64,000 nucleotides of DNA, from positions 1,116,001-1,180,000 of the forward strand of contig NC_088809.1 of assembly GCF_011386835.1 (NCBI RefSeq), read 5' to 3'. Below the pieces are notes generated by a model. It saw only the letters and a program-made list of their open reading frames with translations. It was not told the DNA's origin and made no database searches. Origin of the DNA: Chrysemys picta bellii. Its lineage: Eukaryota. Shown here piece by piece: positions 57,701 to 64,000 of the stretch (positions within the stretch are counted from its first letter, which is position 1; every line of letters begins with the position of its first letter). The position numbers and the translations under genes were made by a program.

Positions 57701-60700
57701 CGTACGTGGAGATACACAATGAGCAGGTAGGGCCACCCCCACCACCACCACCCTGCCTGGACAAAGAGCTGCAGCACCTCATGCCCCCAGCCCATGCCCA
57801 GGGCTGGCTGATGGGCACCAGACATTACCCTGCCCTGCCCCCCATTACCTCTCTGCTACAGCCCTTCCCGCTCACCCGCGTCCTTCTGGCTTCCTGGGCT
57901 CCATTCCCACCTGCCCCGGTGCCTCCCCTCTGTCCAGGTGAGAGACCTGCTGAACCCAGGATCGCCCAGGCCCCTGCCCGTGCGATGGAGCAAAACCAGG
58001 GGCTTCTACATCGAGAACCTGCTCACTGTGGAGTTTGGGAGCCTGGAGGCCATCATGGACCTGCTGCAGGAAGGTACCGCACAGGGTGTCTCCAGCCTTG
58101 CAGGGCACTGGGGAGGGGCACAGGCAGGACCCCCGGTGAGTGGAGACCCCAGGGCTCTGCAGCCCATGGGCAATGAGCCCAGTGCAGAAGGGGCCCCCTG
58201 GTGGCCAGATGGGGAGTGAATTCCCTTTTGCTGAGCCTAGTGGTGGGGAGCTGCTCCTCCCACGAGCCTTCCGCCTGCACCAGGGCATCACTCTGGCCTA
58301 GGTCACCAGCTGTTTTCCAAGGCAGGACTGGCGGCCTGGGGGCACAGGCAGCAGCCAGATGGGAACAGCCTGTGCTGGCCTAGACCCAGCCACTGAGGGA
58401 AGAGGCTCCATCTCCGTTCCTGGAGCTGCAGAGGCCCCCTGCCCCGTAACGAGCTCAGGACCCTGGGAGCGCAGGTTCTGCAGGAGGGTGAAGCCCAGCG
58501 CCAGGGGGTCAGGGGCTGTTTAACCTTTTTGCCTGGCTCTGAACTGTCTGCGCCTCCCGCTCCCAGGCACCCGAAGGCGGCGGAGCGCCGCGCATGCACT
58601 GAATGGGCACTCGAGTCGCAGCCACGCCCTGCTGACCATCCGCATCTGCCGCAAGGCTGTGAGTCACTCGTGTCCCAGCACGCGGGGCCTCGGGGGCCAT
58701 GGCATAGCCCATCCTGCTCCCAGGGGCCCAGCTGCATTGGCAGCTTGGGGGAGGGTCCGAGGGGCACTGGCCTGAATGGCTTTGATTTGCTACTGCCCTG
58801 CTCACCCTCCAGGGGCTGCTCTGGGCTGACGCCCGTCTGAGCCAGCCTGGTGCTTCTCCCTTCGCTGGGCTCGCTAGGGCCTGCACTGGAGACCCCAGCT
58901 GTGCAGGGCAGGCTGCCTGGCTGGGAGTGTTCCTGAAGGCCCATGGAGCAGGACACCTGTGAGCTACGGTCCCTCCCCTTCCCCACAGATGAGCCCAGAC
59001 CCCAGCTCCTGCCAGAAAGGCGTGCTCTGCTTCGTGGACCTGGCTGGCAGCGAGAGGGTGAAGGACACCGGCTCGGCTGGTGAGCGCTTAGTGGAGGCCA
59101 GCAACATCAACCGCAGTCTCCTGGCTCTGGGTAAGGCCCCTGCAGCCGCGCCAGAGAGAGGGGCCAGGCTTGCATGCTCCCCCAGCTGGCTGCAGGCTCG
59201 GCTGGGCCTTGCGGCTTTTCTGTGTGCTCATCGCCTGGAGCAGCGCCACCTGAGCGCCAAGGCAAGTGTGACAGCCTGTCCTCCCCGCAGGGCACTGCAT
59301 CTCTCTGCTGGTGGACCCCAGACGGAGGCGGAGTCACATCCCATACAGGGACAGCAAGCTCACCCGGCTGCTGGCGGAGTCCCTGGGCGGATCCGGGATC
59401 ACGCTCATGGTAGGAGCCTGGCTCCCCTCTGCACCCGGGGAAGGGCTGGGTGCGGGCCTGGAGCTGCAGCCCCACAGGTGCAGCACTGGGACGGGAGCCG
59501 GGGAAGTGACCTGTCAAAATCACATTGCAAGGCTGGAGTCCGGGATTCCAGTGCCTGAGCCGGCTAGCCTGGGGCCGTGGGGAGAGACTCGCCAGAGCCC
59601 TCTCTGATGACGGCCCCACTGGGAGCTGCTCCTCAGCCTTGTCCCTTGTCCAGCAGGTCGCCTGCATCTCCCCCTCCTCGCGCTGCCTCCCGGAGACACT
59701 GCGCACGCTGCGCTTCGCCAGCAGGGCCAAGAAGGTCACCACCAAGCCTGTGGCACACAGGGTAAGGCCAGAGGGCTTTGAACACAAGGACGGTCACATG
59801 GGGTCAGACCTGGAACCCAGTGTCCTGTCTCTGACAGCGGCCAGTGCCAGGTGCTTCGGAGGGAACGAACAGACCGGGGCAATTCTAGTGATCCAGCCCC
59901 TGGCATCCAGTCCCAGCTCCTGGCAGTTGGCGGTTTAGGGACACCCACAGCATGGGGTTGTGTCCCTGCCCAGCCTGCCTAACAGCTGTCGACGAGCCTA
60001 GCCTCCAGGAACTCATCTTCTCTTTTTTGAACCCAGATATACTCTCTGCCTTCACAACATCCGAACATCTGAGTTCGCTGCATCCCAGGGCAGGGCCCCT
60101 TGTGGCCAGGGCCGTCTCCCTGAGCTGTGCGGCCCCCTCCCCTCTAAGCCTTGTGCCTTTGATTTGCCAGGTGTCCCAGGAGAAGCTGCTGCGAAGTTTG
60201 GAGCAAGAAATCCAGGCCCTGCGGGAGGAAAACCTCTCCCTGCGCCAGCAGCTGCGGCTGCCCAGGATACTGGGCGCGGGCACAGCCGCCCACACAGCCC
60301 CCACACGTGCGTGCAGCTGGGGACGGGGCAGAGCTGGGGGTTAGAGGGATCCAGGGCCGCCCTAGGGGACAGGAGTGGGGAGCCTGCAGAGGGGCACCGT
60401 GGGCTTGTGCATCAGAGAAGTGTGGGACCTGCCACCCCCAGGCCCTGGCCCGAGTGCAGGTGCAGCGGCTGGGCTCCGGTTGTCACCCATCTCGTTTTCC
60501 TTGCAGAGCTGCCCGAGTGCCAGGGAGAGAGCCATGCCCCTGGGCAGAGAGGGGCCCCGAGGAGAGCACCCGGCTCGGCCAGGCGCAGCCTCTGTGGCCT
60601 CCTGCAGGAGTTTGTGCTGGAGAACGAGCAGCACAGGTAGCAATAGGACGTTCCCCCTCCTGGGCTGACCCCTGGGAGACTCAACTCCTGGCGGGGGGGG

Positions 60701-63700
60701 GGGCCGACCCTGCACCTCCCTAGAGCCCGGATGTGTGGGCAAGCCCCGGGCATGGCCTGGTACCTAGGACAGAGGTCACTGGCAAAGCAATGCCCCCTAC
60801 ACACGAGGTGGGCAGGGCTGCACCGTGTGTTCCCCAGCCACCTCAAACCAGCTGCTACCCGCGGCAGCGTGACTCTCCCAGGCAGCGAGGCCCACCCTGG
60901 CTGGGCTCAGGGAAGGGGCACCCCAGCCCCACTCCCCCAGGCAAATGCCGCTCCTCCGACCAGGTCCCAAGCCCAGGGGCTCACCCTCAAGCCAGGCAGC
61001 TGGGCTCTCCAGCAGCTCCACAATACCCACCCAGGCTCTGCCTGCCTCCCCCCGCCTCTCGCCACAGAGAGTCCCTGCCATGCCTGGCTCTCTGCAACTC
61101 AAGAACCACCGCCAACCCTTCCCCAGCAGCCTGCAGGCCGCCCCAGCTCAGTCACCCGACCGGGGAGGGGGGCGCAGCTTAGCTGGGCCTGGACCCCCGA
61201 AAGGTCAGCACTGCTGGGCTGGGTGACTGAGCCAGATCTCGCTCCTCCTGGCCCCTCACGCCCAGCGAGGGGGTGCCCCAGCGCACTACCCAGAGGGCGT
61301 GGTGAGCAGGGCAGCGCTGGGCTCCGTCCATGCGCTGAGTCCGGCCTGGCACGGGGCAGGCACCCGGCAGGGGGGCTCTGCTAGAGTCTAGATGGATGGC
61401 TGGGGTGGGGCCCGGCGTCCACAGCTCACCGCGCTCTCCCCTCCCTATTGTCCTACTTGGCCAAGGAGGGAACCGATCCCGCTGACGAGCAGCCAATCCC
61501 CTGCCAGGGAAGGGCAACGTGCACTGGTGCAGGAGCTGACGAGATAAAGGGGCAGGGGGAGGGGCAATGCAGGCAGTGCCTGAGACCCCCGTGGGTGGGT
61601 GACAGCTGCTCTGCAGGGTGAGGGAACCCCTCAATAGCCAGGCCCTGAGCTGTGTGCGCGATGGGGAGGCATTTCCGAGTCACCTGAAGAACTAGGGGGG
61701 GAGGGTCTGGACTCTCAGTGCTGGCGTTGGGGGGCCGGCCCCGTGAGGGGCACTCGGCACGTACGGGGGGCGCTGGGCATGCAGGGGACGCGGGGTGCAC
61801 GCTGGGTGCACGGGGGGGGCACTCAGCATGCGGGGGGATGCTCGATGCATGCTGGGTATGTGGGGGGGCGCTGGGCGTGCGGGAGGCGCTGGGTGGGGGG
61901 GGCACTGGGTGTGTGTGTGGGGGTGCTGGGCGTGTGGGGGGCGCTGTGTGTGTGTGTGGGGGTGCTGGGCGTGTGGGGGGCGCGGGGTGTGTGTGCGGGG
62001 AGTGCTGGGCGTGCGGGAGGCGCTGGGTGTGGGGGGCACTGGGTGTGTGTGTGGGGGTGCTGGGCGTGCAGGAGGTGCTGGGTGTGGGGGGGCACTGGGT
62101 GTGTGTGGGGGGGTGCTGGGCGTGCGGGGGCACTGGGTGTGTGGGGGGAGTGCTGGGCGTGCAGGGGGACACTAGGCATGCACTGGGTGTGTGGCGTGAG
62201 GGAGGGTCTCTCTGCTGGACATGGCAGAGCCCAGGCCCGTCCTTCAGGCCAGTCTTGGGTTACTTGTGGGCCACGGTCCCTGGGGCTGGGGCAGACGCAG
62301 GCGCAGGCCCAGACCTGGCAGAACAGTCAAGCTCAGGGAGCCCCTCAGACGGGTGTTGCAGGAATTCCTGCTCTGGGCAGCGTCTCAGCCAACCGCAGGC
62401 CCCCTCCAGCCCCTGGAGCTGCTGGCTGGGTGACTTACCTGCCTGTCATTGTGGTGACCTCCCCTGCCCGAGTCCCACCTTGCCAGGTCTCCCCCCCCAA
62501 GCTGTGGGGCTGCTGGCTCTTGCCTCGCCGGGCACCGTGGCTGGGATGGCATGTTGGGATGCCTGGGGCTGCCCCACTCCCACTCATCTCGTTTATGTTC
62601 CAGGCACCTAGAGTCCCTCCCAGCCCTCAGCAGCTGGGGCCAGGCCCGACGTTCCCCCGAAGCTGCCCCCAGCTCCTGCAGCATCCAGGCCCTGCCCTGC
62701 GCCCACCCTGCCCCCAGCGCAGCCCAGTGTGGCCACGTGAGTCTCCTCTTCCTGTCTGACTTGGCGCCCGAGGCCCTGGCCCCTGACGTGTCCTGCCGGC
62801 CGTGACGCCCCAGGGGAGCTGCCGCCCCAGCGTCTGGGCTGGTTCGAATCTGGCTGAAAGCCGCTCCTTTGGGGCCCAGCTCAGCACAAAAGGCAGAGAA
62901 CGGATGGGCCATGGAGCCTGGACGCCCGTCTCCCTTCCAGCGGGACACCTGCTCCAGCTTCCGCCCTGGCCCTGGCGCCCCCAGCCATGCACGGAGCTAA
63001 GCCCCAGCACACACGGCTGGACGCCTGCGCCACGTCCCCTCCCGTGCTCTCTTCCTCTTGCAGATACTGCCTCCTGTCCATGCCTGCCGCTGCCCTGCCA
63101 GCGCTCCCAGGCATGGGCCATCCCCTGCAAGGCTGGCTGGGAACAGGAAGTGGAAGCTTTCAGCCTAAGGGCTCTACTTGTCCTTCCAGCTGCCGCCATG
63201 GGAGGTGCTCACTGCCCAGAGTGGTTCCAGGTTCCAGGGGGCCAGCCAGGGCAGCCCATGGGAGGACCCGGCTCAGCCCTGGCCCCAGAGCCAGCAGCGC
63301 CCTGTGGCTCCCTGGTTACTCCATGGGAAAAGGTGAGAGTCACCAGCCTGGGGCCAGGAGTGAGTCTGGCCGTGGGGCTGTGCAGGCAGGAGCACAGGCC
63401 CCCAGGACAGGGCTCAGGGCACATCAGAAGGTGACCCAGGGATGGGGGGCAGGCAGTGGGGTGGGGCAGCCATGGCCAGATTTGATGTGGGCCCCAGGCT
63501 CACTGCACATGCAGCCTCTGGCAGGTTAGTGGCCTCCTGTGCTCCTCTGGGCCACCAGCCCTGGCCCCAGTACTCAGCCCAGCCCTTGCTTGCGCTGCAG
63601 GAGCCTGGGCCGAAGGAAGAGCTCCGTTGGCTCGTGTCTGCTCCTGAGAGACACCCAGCAGCAGGGCCCTGAGCCTCCCCCCGGCCTGGAGGGGCAGGTC

Positions 63701-63755
63701 GCGCCGTCAGCCCCTCCCCTGCCAGGGCAGCCAGGCAGCAGCACAGGGCGCCAAG
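54745..63755 (+). CDS. KIF12: KIF12-like kinesin (kinesin-16), continues beyond the window
   Basis: Exons 54745-54800 (tentative), 55155-55220, 55325-55403, 55490-55611, 56444-56519, 57592-57726, 57938-58073, 58567-58658, 58989-59130, 59291-59409, 59657-59761, 60171-60306, 60507-60636, 60838-61203 (tentative), 63601-63755; phases are compatible. Motor motifs [32 protein letters not shown]12-typical [24 protein letters not shown] and VAPSAPPLP. Orthologue versus paralogue is unresolved. Confidence 0.88.
55696..56100. repeat. 47-bp minisatellite, 9 copies, KIF12 intron 4
   Basis: Unit GCCAGCCACGCACGCGCTCCCCCTCCACCTGCCCCCCATAGCCCCCA. Confidence 0.93.
56600..57500 (+). repeat. 74-80-bp minisatellite, 12 copies, each containing CCAGCAGGGGGCGCTG (CTCF core), KIF12 intron 5
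   Basis: Motif starts at 56614, 56693, 56767, 56841, 56915, 56995, 57074, 57154, 57229, 57309, 57389, 57469. Confidence 0.93.
61780..62190. repeat. G/T-rich degenerate tandem repeat in a KIF12 intron
   Basis: Recurring GTGCTGGGCGTG(C/T)GGG..GCACTGGGTGTGTGTG units with many G runs. Confidence 0.85.
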
Positions 63756-64000
63756 GTAAGTAGTGATGGAGCAGCAGCTGCCAAGGTTTCCCTATTGCAG
63801 CTCCGCCCACGCAGGCTGGAGGGGTCAGAACTGGGGTGTCCCTGGCTCCCCGGGGGGGGCCTCGACTGGGCAGATACTGTGAGCCTGGGATGGGAGAAGC
63901 CTTTCCCAGCATGCTTTGCACAAGAGAGACTAAGGGAGATGTGGGGCAGAGGCTCCCTGGAAGTCGTGTCTTCATGGAGCTGAATCAGTGGGGGGGAGCG

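Noticed and set aside
61453-62759. Long ORFs on both strands over the G/T-rich repeat
   Set aside because: Repeat-derived low-complexity translations inside a KIF12 intron.

Overview
GC-rich vertebrate genomic DNA, most likely a turtle (inferred from a tortoise PolIII/SINE, turtle-type CR1 and Penelope-like repeats). Gene order, left to right: SMG6 (- strand, first two coding exons), SRR (+), TSR1 (-, hosting a SNORD91-type C/D snoRNA), POLDIP2 (-), TMEM199 (+), SEBOX (-), an intact-ended LTR retroelement, and a KIF12-like kinesin (+, running off the window). I traced exons by hand against remembered human proteins, checking GT/AG ends and codon phase. The most notable observations are: (1) a very young 4.1-kb Gmr1-like Ty3/Gypsy element with apparently identical LTRs, a 5-bp TSD, tRNA-Leu PBS, PPT and an open SCAN-Gag/protease ORF, but no RT, RNase H or integrase core; (2) a minisatellite in KIF12 intron 5 made of 12 co-oriented CTCF core motifs; (3) a 2-nt frameshift in the first coding exon of an otherwise intact serine racemase, with an in-frame downstream ATG that could rescue it; (4) a Penelope-derived ~73-bp inverted repeat in POLDIP2 intron 4 carrying a minimal hammerhead ribozyme core; (5) a junction of two blocks that are far apart in human (17p13.3 and 17q11.2). 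No database searches were run; family assignments rest on recalled sequences and motifs.
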